DNA of 61,018 nucleotides from a virus (lineage: Duplodnaviria; Caudoviricetes). A program made the translations under genes and the position numbers. The notes beneath the pieces were generated by a model, which did no database searches, was not told the origin of the DNA, and saw only the letters and a list, made by a program, of their open reading frames with translations. The stretch is from IMG/VR virus record IMGVR_UViG_3300012209_000002, positions 1 through 61,018 of that record; one strand, written 5' to 3'. This document shows, one piece after another, positions 17,409 through 26,593 of the stretch (position 1 is its first letter; every line of letters starts with the position of its first letter).

Positions 17409-17545
17409 GGCTCGCTATGGCTGCACAAGCTAAGGCTTGTCCATACTCGTCGCGACACTGCGGGGCAATGGCAGTGGCATGGTTTGGCCGCACACGGCAC
17501 GCTTCGGCAAAGGCAGTGACATGGTGTAGCGTGGCACGTCATGGA
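17409..17545 (+). ncRNA. 5-nt periodic GGY-NN tandem array (VIPR-like guide RNA), three units
   Basis: ggc TC gct AT ggc TG cac AA gct AA ggc TT gtc CA tac TC gtc GC gac AC tgc GG ggc | aatggcagt | ggc AT ggt TT ggc CG cac AC ggc AC gct TC ggc | aaaggcagt | gac AT ggt GT agc GT ggc AC gtc AT gga. Confidence 0.8.
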
Positions 17546-17583
17546 AACCCGGAAGCGTTCGATTGTCGGACGCTTTCCGGGTT
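17546..17583. terminator. Strong hairpin closing the array, between convergent transcription units
   Basis: AACCCGGAAGCGTTCGA-TTG-TCGGACGCTTTCCGGGTT. Confidence 0.7.
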
Positions 17584-17586
17584 CAA

Positions 17587-18900
17587 TTACATTCTGACCG
17601 CTTCTGCTGATTGAAGCCGAGCAGGTTTTTCCAAGGATGGCCGGAAGAAAGCTAAATTGCGAAGTCTTGAGTTTTGTTCAGCGGCGGCGGTCATGAAATT
17701 TGCGCGAAGTCTTGCCGTTGCCGCAAATTCAGATCCGCCCATTCTGAATGATGCAATGTGTTGGGCATAATCCAGTAGTGGATCTATTGCGTCTTTTGTA
17801 ATTTGTAGATAGTCCGAGTCATTTGCTGGCATTATTGCATTTCTTGTTACGTCCATGGTCACCGTGTACGTGCCATCAGCCACCGGCCCCATCGCTACCA
17901 GGTTGCGCCCCGCCATGCCCGCGAAGGACGGCGTGCCCGTAGTCGCTTCCCACGAGGTGCTGAAGGCGTCCAGTTCGAACACGGAACCGCTCCAGACCGG
18001 CGCACTTGCCACTTGAGTCATGAGCACGGTGGGGTTCATGCGAGCCGCCTGCACCGCCTCTGCATACCGGGATTCGGCGTACTGCGCGCGCGGAATGTCC
18101 TTCCCCGGCCCGTCGAGCGCCAACAGGTCGGCGAGCGCGCCCCAGGTCACCGCCCACGCAAAATCGTCGGGGATGCCCAAGATCGCAGAAGTATTATAAA
18201 CTGTGGCCGGGGAACCCCCAACTGTAACCACGGGCGCCACCGCAATCAGTTCCACAGTGCCCGTGGCTAACGGGGGCGGATACATCTCGATGGCGACCGG
18301 GGCCAGATCGAACTGCGCATAGACTACGGGCGTGGTAACCGGAGCAGCGTTGAAGCGAAAACTCTGCGCACCGTACTCGTCGTCACGCCACAAAACCGAT
18401 GCTCCACCGGTTAACCACGCCACGCGCCGGATATCCGTAATCGAGTCCGCCAGCGCGGTGCGGCCCGCCCCTACGCCGGCCTGGGTGATGCGCGTTAAGC
18501 AGACGCCCGAATCGCCCTGAAATCGATTTAAACGCGCCTGGATAGCCCCGGCGATGGCAGCAAAGGTGAACTGCCCGGTGCCGGTCCAGATGGCGGACAG
18601 GGCGGGTTCGAGTAAATGGGCGAGGACGGCGTCCACCGCGTCGCGGTCGGTAACCGTGTACGCAAGCAAAGAGGAAAGGACTGTAGGTAAGTCGTAAAAT
18701 GCCTGGTTGGCGACAGTATTAAACGTGCCACGGTCTTTATAGGACGCTGTGAGCGCCTGCCACGTCCGAAGACTTTCCTGAATCCAGCGATTGGCATTGG
18801 CCGGGGAACCGCCATCGCCAAAATAAACCGCGTTGGGATCTTCCAAACGCTCTAGAAGTTGAGCACGTGCAGAGGCGAGCGTGGTGGTCGAGTACGGCAT
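17587..18900 (-). CDS. Putative head-tail adaptor (tail tubular A-like) protein
   Basis: 437 aa; TTLASARAQLLERLED..ANRWIQESLR..YDLP and IEMYPPP..IPDDFAWAV motifs of adaptor families. Confidence 0.6.
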   Translation of the reverse strand: MPYSTTTLASARAQLLERLEDPNAVYFGDGGSPANANRWIQESLRTWQALTASYKDRGTFNTVANQAFYDLPTVLSSLLAYTVTDRDAVDAVLAHLLEPALSAIWTGTGQFTFAAIAGAIQARLNRFQGDSGVCLTRITQAGVGAGRTALADSITDIRRVAWLTGGASVLWRDDEYGAQSFRFNAAPVTTPVVYAQFDLAPVAIEMYPPPLATGTVELIAVAPVVTVGGSPATVYNTSAILGIPDDFAWAVTWGALADLLALDGPGKDIPRAQYAESRYAEAVQAARMNPTVLMTQVASAPVWSGSVFELDAFSTSWEATTGTPSFAGMAGRNLVAMGPVADGTYTVTMDVTRNAIMPANDSDYLQITKDAIDPLLDYAQHIASFRMGGSEFAATARLRANFMTAAAEQNSRLRNLAFFRPSLEKPARLQSAEAVRM

Positions 18901-18920
18901 TCCCGCCCCCGCGAGTCAAA

Positions 18921-19124
18921 CTAGCGTCCGTACTTTACGATGTTGCCACCCGACATCGGGGATCTTATCGGGGCCGACTGCTTGGAGATGCCCGAAGTCG
19001 TGGTGTTTGCCGCTATTGAAGGGTGCAAATTGGGCTTCGCGGGCAGGCACCCAGCCATCGGACTCCTGAGCGGACCGTTCATAGTGGCAACACGCCGTCC
19101 CTTGCTGCTGTTTCCGTTGTACAT
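18921..19124 (-). CDS. Small hypothetical protein
   Basis: 67 aa, strong RBS GAGGAGG. Confidence 0.6.
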   Translation of the reverse strand: MYNGNSSKGRRVATMNGPLRSPMAGCLPAKPNLHPSIAANTTTSGISKQSAPIRSPMSGGNIVKYGR

Positions 19125-19138
19125 GTTTCCTCCTCGAA

Positions 19139-19384
19139 CTACTTTACCGCGTGCGAGAGCGCCCCCGCCGCACTTAGGCTCCCCACGACCGCGTCCACCG
19201 CCGCCGAGACCGCCTTCACATGCGCTTCCGGGATTGCCTGTCCGGCGTGTCCTGCGGCTTCGAGCGCGCTCATCAGCACGGTTTTCTTGACAGACCCCGG
19301 CTGGCCCGGCAGCGCGGCTTCAATAGCCTGAACCGCTTGGAGGATGTACGGGAGAATTTGCAAGATAAGAACGACGATGTTCAT
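19139..19384 (-). CDS. Holin-like small membrane protein
   Basis: N-terminal TM MNIVVLILQILPYIL followed by EAALPGQPGSVKK...AAVDAVV. Confidence 0.5.
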   Translation of the reverse strand: MNIVVLILQILPYILQAVQAIEAALPGQPGSVKKTVLMSALEAAGHAGQAIPEAHVKAVSAAVDAVVGSLSAAGALSHAVK

Positions 19385-19746
19385 GCCCACAACTCCAAAT
19401 GCAAAGTCGCAGCGGCGCTGGCAAAAATTTGGATAGGACCGATCGGAGCCGAGATGCCACCGCCCGAAGAATTGCGGTAACTCGATCCGCCGGGGACCAG
19501 TTCAAAGCCGTAATTCGTATCGGAAAGTGCCCCGGCAATCTTGGTCGGACAACCGATCTTCACGGACACCGTGTTGGCGCTGTCGGCTTGCAAGTTGAAA
19601 TACAAACCCGCCCCCGGCGTATTGGGTTCTAATTGGGCTATGGCAAGCGCCAGGAGGTTCTGCGGCACACCGATCTGTCCACCGGACACGGTAATCGTAC
19701 CTGCGATGTACTCCGGGGCTTGAAGCGGATTGTATGCGGAACCCAT
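19381..19746 (-). CDS. Hypothetical structural protein
   Basis: 121 aa, beta-rich, RBS GAGGA. Confidence 0.55.
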   Translation of the reverse strand: MGSAYNPLQAPEYIAGTITVSGGQIGVPQNLLALAIAQLEPNTPGAGLYFNLQADSANTVSVKIGCPTKIAGALSDTNYGFELVPGGSSYRNSSGGGISAPIGPIQIFASAAATLHLELWA

Positions 19747-19764
19747 ACGAATCCTCAGTTTAGC

Positions 19765-19947
19765 CTAGTTTGGGGGAAGTCGGCGCTGTTCCTCGGCGTC
19801 TTTTTTGCGCTGCTTCCGCGCCTGCGCGATGTCCACCGCCATGGCAACCGCGCCCGCTATCAGCAAAAACAACACGACCACACCCACCGCGCTCCAGAGC
19901 AGGATCGTGAAATTCCAGAACCAGTCTTGGGGAGAGGGAGGAGTCAT
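19765..19947 (-). CDS. Small single-pass membrane protein
   Basis: Hydrophobic segment followed by a basic tail. Confidence 0.55.
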   Translation of the reverse strand: MTPPSPQDWFWNFTILLWSAVGVVVLFLLIAGAVAMAVDIAQARKQRKKDAEEQRRLPPN

Positions 19948-20285
19948 TTGGATGGCGGCGCAGGAGTTACGGACTTAACCGCGGCAGGTTCCGCTTTAGG
20001 CGCACAGCTCGCCTTCCCCTTTTCGTCCACGGCAAGGTCGTATTTGTCGCCGCAGACCGCGATCAGCTTGTTGCGCACGGCCTCGAAAGCGCGGAGAGCG
20101 CGTTCGGCGGCAAGCGCGGCCGCGGCCTGGTCGCCAAACGCTTTCAGAAACTCGATTTGCTGGTCGGTGGAGATCGTGGGCGTCACGGCGCCGAGAATCG
20201 CGGCGGGCTTACCCGGTGCGTTCGCATTGGCATTGGGGCTTTGCGCCAATAGGGGAAGTGTAAGGAATAAAAGTAGAGTTCTCAT
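19944..20285 (-). CDS. Small secreted hypothetical protein
   Basis: Signal peptide MRTLLLFLTLPLLAQ; ATGA coupling at both ends. Confidence 0.55.
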   Translation of the reverse strand: MRTLLLFLTLPLLAQSPNANANAPGKPAAILGAVTPTISTDQQIEFLKAFGDQAAAALAAERALRAFEAVRNKLIAVCGDKYDLAVDEKGKASCAPKAEPAAVKSVTPAPPSK

Positions 20286-21775
20286 GGTGTTGAATGGGCA
20301 TCGTAACCCAAAGCCTTCCACTGCGCGTAGGTTTTTGTGACGCCATTCACGGTAAATGCCGCCGCACCTGTCCCGAAGTCGTTGTTGTCCGAGACCGCCG
20401 TAAAAGCGCTTCCAAAGTGGTAATACTTGCTCGTAACCCCAGACAGATTCAGCCCGCTCGCGTTCAGAGTAACGCCCGATCGCGTTTGCACCACGCCGGA
20501 TTCTCCAGCCAAAGTTATGCCAATCAGATTCAGAGTCGCATTGTTCACTGCCCCATTGAAAATCGCATTGGAGCCGCTACCGGAAACTGTCACGGAACCA
20601 TTGTTCACCGTGAGAATCAGCGATTGCGGACTGGCTTCGAACGCATCGGCCTGAATGTCGATTCCGCGGCTGGCCCCCGAAGAAAGCGCGATAGACGAAT
20701 CGCCGATCGTCACCGCAGAGCCGCCCAACTCGGAAGACATCTGAATTCCCGGCGTAGTAGCCGTTACTGTCACATTCTGAAGATACGCATTGGCCACTTG
20801 CGAAAACACGATTCCCGCCGGTCCCATGAACTGCGAATCGACGATGGATAGATTTCCCAAGTTGCCGGTGCCGTGCGCCAGCATCGCATCTCCGGCAGTG
20901 GGCATGACCGTGAAATGCGAGTACACGTTGCTCAAAGAGATCGAGTCGCCCGCTCCCCAAGTGTCGTTTAGGACCAACGGGCTAGGCCCTCCCACGGTGC
21001 CCCAGTAACCGTCCAATAACTCAACATGAGTGAGAGCGGCGTTTTTCTTGACATAGCAGGAGTGCTTGCTGCCCTGCGTGACCAAACTATGCGCCAGAGT
21101 GCAATACGAGCCAAGGACCGTGCTGCCATCGGTATGCAGATTGCGCCTGGTCCATGCACCCGAGATCGTCACGCCCGTGACACTCCGGGTTGTAATGCCA
21201 AATGGCCGCGTGGAGACTTCGATCCAGCCATCGGCTTTTGCGGTCGGGTCTGCATCGCCCGTCAGATGCACGTAGAGCGTGATGGTTCCCAAATCGGCAC
21301 TGGGATAATAACTGCCTGCCGTAGACTGACAAGCAACCAGCGAGGCCGCCCGCACCGCCACTGTGCCGTTTTCGTAAGAGGTCACGAATCCGCCGCCGCT
21401 CGATACCGATGGATCGAGAACAACGGCGGCCTGATATACATTCGCCTGCCCGTCTGTTGCCGTCCAGGATGTCGCGGCTACTGCGTCCGAGGCATCGAGC
21501 AGATATTTCAGCCCCGAACCCATCGGGTCCCAGGCATCGATGGTCATGTTGTTGCGCGGTACCGTTACCGCTTCGCGCCACTGCCGCTGCGTGGCCGGAT
21601 GCGCAGCGGACGACACCGCAAAACGCCAACGGCTCTTGTTCGCCCCGGTATCTACCGAAACCAGATGCGCCACGGTCTGAAAAGGCTGATTGTAAGCACC
21701 GGTGTTGCTATTGGAGCCATCCAGCACGTCCACATAATAAGCGTCCACCGTGGGAATAACTGCACCGAAATGCAT
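20282..21775 (-). CDS. Right-handed beta-helix tailspike/depolymerase-like protein
   Basis: YYVDVLDGSNSNTG..QPFQTV start and repeated beta-helix turns; ends WKALGYDAHS. Confidence 0.7.
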   Translation of the reverse strand: MHFGAVIPTVDAYYVDVLDGSNSNTGAYNQPFQTVAHLVSVDTGANKSRWRFAVSSAAHPATQRQWREAVTVPRNNMTIDAWDPMGSGLKYLLDASDAVAATSWTATDGQANVYQAAVVLDPSVSSGGGFVTSYENGTVAVRAASLVACQSTAGSYYPSADLGTITLYVHLTGDADPTAKADGWIEVSTRPFGITTRSVTGVTISGAWTRRNLHTDGSTVLGSYCTLAHSLVTQGSKHSCYVKKNAALTHVELLDGYWGTVGGPSPLVLNDTWGAGDSISLSNVYSHFTVMPTAGDAMLAHGTGNLGNLSIVDSQFMGPAGIVFSQVANAYLQNVTVTATTPGIQMSSELGGSAVTIGDSSIALSSGASRGIDIQADAFEASPQSLILTVNNGSVTVSGSGSNAIFNGAVNNATLNLIGITLAGESGVVQTRSGVTLNASGLNLSGVTSKYYHFGSAFTAVSDNNDFGTGAAAFTVNGVTKTYAQWKALGYDAHSTP

Positions 21776-23575
21776 TTACGTGCCTACGCACGCGGCTGCG
21801 CTCGATACCAGTTTCCCCGCAGTGTCGATACAAACGTACCGCTGGCCAGTGCTGGCCTTCTGTCCCGTAATCGTTACATCGTAGCTGGCATCGATGTAGG
21901 TCTGTGCCGTGCCGGAATTGTTGTCCACGTGAAATAACTGGGTGGTGCTCTGCGCCTGTCCCGCCACTATGCCGACGGATGCGGTGGTTGCCGAGGTATG
22001 GATGCCCGTAAACGTGCCGCTGCCGTCCTGTCCCACTACAAGCTTAGATGCGCCCGTGCTGGAAGTGCTGTCAATGACGCAGGCCGTACCCGTGCAGGAC
22101 GCGCCGCCGCTGGTGGTTTTGCCGATAAACACGCCCCCGCCTACAATAGCCACCCCGTTGCTGCCATTGTCCCAGTCCATGCGGCCCGATAAGCTACCGA
22201 ACAACCCGGACGCCCCCGTGTCTGGAGCTACCTTGAAATCTACGATCCGGTTGCCGGAACTGAAGGTATTGCGGACTCGAATCTGCACCGCGGAATTGGC
22301 GGCGTTTTCCACCTGCAACGGAGACACGGGGCTTACTGTCCCAATCCCTAGCCTGTGATTGGTAGAGTCCCAGAAGAATTGCCCGCCGGAGGTCTGATCC
22401 TGCTGCAAGGTGCCGGAAACCGAGACGTACGGAATCGCGCCTACCGTGGTAATGTTGCTGCCGCCCGTTACCAACGTGCCTGAGACCGGGAGAGTTACAG
22501 ACGTGGTAGCCGTTTGTGTCAGCGTCAGTGCGAAGTTACCCGCCGTGGTGAAGCTGTTCGCCAGCGTCACTGTCTTGCCGCCGATGGCCCCTACCGTAGT
22601 TGCCAGCGATCCGGCAGAATTGGTCATGTCTCCGGTATGCGCCGGCTCCGCCCCCGCCGTTAGTACCGCTGACAACGACGCCGCGCTCCCCGTGGTGTTC
22701 TGGTTGAGCGTGGGGAAATCGGCCGCCACCGCAATGCTCGGAACCCCCGTGGTCGTCGTGTTTTTAAGAATGCCCGTAGCCAATCCCGAGAGCGCCGTAC
22801 CATTCAATGAAGTGGCGTCGATCGTTCCTGTACCGGAAACGGTCAAGGAACCGCTAGAACCGATTACCAGCGCCGTTGCGTTGGTGCCCGCAGTCACTGT
22901 CGAGAACGCGCTGGAGATCGCCGCGCAAGTCCCGTCGCCCATCAGCACATGGGAGGAGTCGCAGGTACCCGACCACTTCCCGATAATGATGGCCGAAGTC
23001 AGCGCTCCGCCCAGCTCGATATCCACAATGACCGAGGAGTTGTTCTTGCGCTGTAGATGATGCGTCGTCGGATCGAGAAACAGGCTTTGCGTCGTGGCCG
23101 AAGGAACGAACGCAGGCGTGCCTTCGTAAGCCGTAATCGTTCCCGCTACCGCGCTGGTGCCGACCGTGAACCGGGGGCTCTTCACGCCATCCGATCCCAT
23201 GGTGGAGCCTTCCGTGGGGGCGCCGCCGGGAGGAGCCACATAGAACACGCTGGGATTGGCAAGGTTCGCATTAACGCTCGCATCCAACACCAACGGCCCC
23301 AACGCCGCATTGGGGAGGGCAAATGCCGGATTGGGGTAGGTTCCAGCCAGCGCACCGCCCGCCGTGCCTGAGGCTGCCCCGCCCGCCGCCGCCGTCCACA
23401 CGCTCGCCCGGCACGTCGTAATCACGCCCGTAGTGCGATTCACCGTGATATAGGCCGCGCTGCACGCTCCCGTGGGATCGGTCGCGACATAGCGCACCTC
23501 GGGGTTGCGCACCTGCGCTGCCAGATCCGTGCCCCAGATCGCCGCGAGAACTACGCCGATGGAAAGAAGCTGCAT
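21776..23575 (-). CDS. Tail fibre-like protein
   Basis: ~600 aa, T/G/S/A-rich; GGALAGTYPNP, DFPTLNQNTTGSA and FFWDSTNHRLGIGT fibre motifs. Confidence 0.7.
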   Translation of the reverse strand: MQLLSIGVVLAAIWGTDLAAQVRNPEVRYVATDPTGACSAAYITVNRTTGVITTCRASVWTAAAGGAASGTAGGALAGTYPNPAFALPNAALGPLVLDASVNANLANPSVFYVAPPGGAPTEGSTMGSDGVKSPRFTVGTSAVAGTITAYEGTPAFVPSATTQSLFLDPTTHHLQRKNNSSVIVDIELGGALTSAIIIGKWSGTCDSSHVLMGDGTCAAISSAFSTVTAGTNATALVIGSSGSLTVSGTGTIDATSLNGTALSGLATGILKNTTTTGVPSIAVAADFPTLNQNTTGSAASLSAVLTAGAEPAHTGDMTNSAGSLATTVGAIGGKTVTLANSFTTAGNFALTLTQTATTSVTLPVSGTLVTGGSNITTVGAIPYVSVSGTLQQDQTSGGQFFWDSTNHRLGIGTVSPVSPLQVENAANSAVQIRVRNTFSSGNRIVDFKVAPDTGASGLFGSLSGRMDWDNGSNGVAIVGGGVFIGKTTSGGASCTGTACVIDSTSSTGASKLVVGQDGSGTFTGIHTSATTASVGIVAGQAQSTTQLFHVDNNSGTAQTYIDASYDVTITGQKASTGQRYVCIDTAGKLVSSAAACVGT

Positions 23576-23652
23576 CGAAACACCCGTCCGTTTCAGGGGG
23601 AGCTGGGAAAACCGGGAAAGCCTGTAGAGATTGGCGTACATGGTAACACCGC

Positions 23653-24450
23653 TCACGAGGGGAGTGGAATCGCTGAACAAAACCGTTTGAGCTTAGCTCC
23701 CCTTGTTTCTTTCCCGCCAGGGTCCATCCAAGGAATACCGTGATAATTCAAGCGGTGTTTTAAGTTCGCCAGCGGGATATCGAAGATCTCCGCGACCTTA
23801 CGGCAGTTGTTCTGAAAGGTTTCCATCGCCGCCACAATGTCTTCCAATGAAGTATGCGCCCGTAGAATGTTGGATTCCGCAGTAGAATTCACTTTGTACC
23901 CGAACCGTTTCGCCTTGATCCACACCGAAGAATAGTCCATACCATGTATTCGGGCGATGTCCGCAATACTTTTGCCGGAAGCCATCAGGTTAAAAAACAC
24001 GTCCCGACGAAGCTTGATCTGGCTGGTGTTGTTTAATCCGTTGAGAGGCTGAAATAGGATGGCGTACCTGCGATAGTCCTCGGCACGTTGCTTTTTGATG
24101 CGCAGATAGGGAAGCATCCCCTCAATGAACAAGCGAATTGACCGTTGTTGGGTAATCCAGAGGTTCCACATCGGTTTGCGCCTGCCGGGATGCTCACGCT
24201 GCTCTTTTCGGTTGTGGTGAGCACAGATGTAAGCAAAGATTCCTTGTGCCGTTAGAAAATCAGCAATCTCTTGAAGAGTTCTCTTCCCAAGATCTTCCGC
24301 CTGCGAGATAGTGGCTCGAAACCTTCCGTTTCCCTCGCCTCCAGCTCCAAGAGCGTGAAGACAACCCTCTCCATCGAAGAAACCAGCGATATACGCCCAT
24401 GTTATTTTCATGAGCCGTATCGTTTCGCATTTCCATTCGGCGGTCAACAT
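23653..24450 (-). mobile_element. Free-standing LAGLIDADG homing endonuclease with C-terminal HTH region
   Basis: WAYIAGFFDGEGC motif; LPYLRIKKQRA. Confidence 0.85.
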
Positions 24451-24461
24451 GGCAATGTCTT

Positions 24462-25517
24462 TTAGTATGAAGGAAATAGAGACGAAATATCATGACCTTG
24501 AATAAATGCGCCGCCGAGGGGAAAAATAAAACCAGCGCCTTGCGTCAGCATGCCCCACGGCAGAATTTCGTCGTCCATTTTTATCGAGAGTTGCAAGCTC
24601 TCTTTCGCCTCCGCTTTCATCGCGGCCATGTACGCGATCCAGTTGACTGTGCCAAGCTCCTGGAAAGTGGCGACGTTTGCTGTGGCCCACTGCGCCGCGT
24701 ATACCTTCGCCAAATGAATGACGCAGTCCGAAAGCGAGTAGGGCATAACTGGCAAATCTTGCGCGGGCGAGAGATCGGGCCAACGAGTAAGATAAACAGC
24801 ATTGTACACGCAAGATTTCACCGGATTGGGGTACAGCTCAAATATGGGCACCCCTGCCGCACCGCGACTGTAGTTGGCTTGCAGATACACATCGCCTTGA
24901 CCGCCACGCTGTGGATCGAGCGTATTCAACTGCTCTTGACTGCGGTTGAGATTTTTCCCGGAAAAGGCATAACCGTTAAAACGATTGACGATGGAAATAA
25001 ACTTGATGAGACTCCGGTCGCTCGATCCAGCTACGAACGGCAAATTGGGCGCGTTGTAGTAAACCTTCAGAACCTGGTAGAGAGCGTTGCTGGCAGTAGC
25101 TTCCCCATAGGGCTTATCAATGGTAATTGTCCCAATTCCCGCGCTATAGACCCAGCTAAGAATGGTGTAGTATGGCCCGTTGGAACTGTTGACTCCCGAT
25201 GCCGAAGTAACACGGATTTGACGGCCAATGCCCAAGACACCCGCCAGAGGAGGCGTGGCTGCCGCTACGGCATTGAGAGCGGTTCCGGCTGTGGCATCGG
25301 TTGTGATTGCAGTGGAACCGTTGGTGGTGTTGATATGGCCGGCGGAGATTGCATCGGGCACCCAAATCTGCGCATCCGAAATCAGGTTGAAGGACCAGAG
25401 GCGGTAGTCACGAATACGGCCCCAGGCGCGGTTTAAAATCTGCTGGGCATGCAACGCCGAGAGTTTGGGCACGGTCCCAACCAGCTCCGCCACTCCCGAC
25501 ACGAAATCAGCAGCCAC
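24462..25517 (-). CDS. Putative head-tail connector/structural protein
   Basis: 351 aa; AQQILNRAW...ELYPNP adaptor-like motifs; downstream of the capsid genes. Confidence 0.55.
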   Translation of the reverse strand: MAADFVSGVAELVGTVPKLSALHAQQILNRAWGRIRDYRLWSFNLISDAQIWVPDAISAGHINTTNGSTAITTDATAGTALNAVAAATPPLAGVLGIGRQIRVTSASGVNSSNGPYYTILSWVYSAGIGTITIDKPYGEATASNALYQVLKVYYNAPNLPFVAGSSDRSLIKFISIVNRFNGYAFSGKNLNRSQEQLNTLDPQRGGQGDVYLQANYSRGAAGVPIFELYPNPVKSCVYNAVYLTRWPDLSPAQDLPVMPYSLSDCVIHLAKVYAAQWATANVATFQELGTVNWIAYMAAMKAEAKESLQLSIKMDDEILPWGMLTQGAGFIFPLGGAFIQGHDISSLFPSY

Positions 25518-25529
25518 ACATGTACCATC

Positions 25530-25901
25530 CTACCGGCCAATCGCCAAGATCCGCACTGTCCGAGAAGATAGATCCGTGGCCGCCGTGACTTCCGCTCCAG
25601 TCGCCGCCACGATCCATTGCAGGATAATCCCTGTGAGCGATCCGGCGCCCGCATTGAACGGAGACAAGATCGGCACCGCGCGATACTGTCCGTTATCGGA
25701 AACCATCGACGTAGTTGCAAAGATCACCGACACGGGCAAGCCCATGGTCGAGCACGAGATGGCTTGGCCACCTGTAGGCGGACTTCCTGTGGTAATAACC
25801 GTGTACGAAGCGGGCCCGGCCACGTCAAACACTGACCACGGACAGTTCCCAGGCACACATGGGAATTGCTCTTGGGTGAGAACCTGTGTCACTCCAGCCA
25901 T
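25530..25901 (-). CDS. Putative head decoration/structural protein
   Basis: 123 aa; GPASY..GG and GAEVTAATDLS..VRILAIG pattern. Confidence 0.55.
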   Translation of the reverse strand: MAGVTQVLTQEQFPCVPGNCPWSVFDVAGPASYTVITTGSPPTGGQAISCSTMGLPVSVIFATTSMVSDNGQYRAVPILSPFNAGAGSLTGIILQWIVAATGAEVTAATDLSSRTVRILAIGR

Positions 25902-25910
25902 GTCGCTCCT

Positions 25911-26558
25911 TTAGAAGATCTGTTTCAGTGCCAGCCAAACGGGACTCACGGTGCTCGCTGCCGGTGCCGCCGTCAAAGCCACGCCGATAAATTTTCTGAG
26001 CAGGATCGTGCTCACCGTGCTTCCTTCCATGTCGTCGGCCAGTTGCGGATTGGCATTGGTCCCGACAAAGATGGCGTCGCCGATAGCGGGCGTTGCGGCG
26101 GTAATGGATGCCTGCACCTTGACCTGCGCGATGCCTTGGGTTTGGATGAAGTCATAATTTCCCTTGGTGGTCGCGTTCAACGCCACGCCCGCGCAGGAGT
26201 TGTCCCCCGTCGCGCTGCCGTCCGGCGTGACCACATACAGCGCCGTCGCCACCGTGGGAGTCACCCAGCGCACCAGGCAGCCGCGCGCCGCCGTCGCTGT
26301 CGAGGTCAAGAGAAACCGCACGTACTGGTAGACGCCGCCGTAGAGCGCGCCCGTGGCCGTGTCCGAGAGCACCGTGGCATCGGCCGCGGAAAGCGTCAGC
26401 TTGCCGCCCAGCATCCCCGAATAGGGCTGCACGATGGAGCCGGAGACATTGGCGGTCGAGACCACCACGCCGGGGGCCGGGTCGCCCACGCGCCCCACGG
26501 AGTTGAGCGCCGCGGTGGTCACGCGGGGAGATTGGTTTGCACTTTGAATCGCTGCCAT
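25911..26558 (-). CDS. Putative capsid cement/decoration protein
   Basis: 215 aa directly after the MCP; YQYVRF..AGVALNA..GNYDFIQTQG. Confidence 0.6.
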   Translation of the reverse strand: MAAIQSANQSPRVTTAALNSVGRVGDPAPGVVVSTANVSGSIVQPYSGMLGGKLTLSAADATVLSDTATGALYGGVYQYVRFLLTSTATAARGCLVRWVTPTVATALYVVTPDGSATGDNSCAGVALNATTKGNYDFIQTQGIAQVKVQASITAATPAIGDAIFVGTNANPQLADDMEGSTVSTILLRKFIGVALTAAPAASTVSPVWLALKQIF

Positions 26559-26593
26559 GATATCCTCTTAAATAACTGAAAACAAAAGACTTC

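Noticed and set aside
17405-17614. 69-aa ORF over the pentamer array
   Set aside because: Period-5 repeat structure, no RBS, and it runs through the hairpin into a convergent gene; treated as non-coding
21921-21936. Second parS-like sequence TTGTCCACGTGAAATA
   Set aside because: At least three mismatches to consensus and inside a coding region
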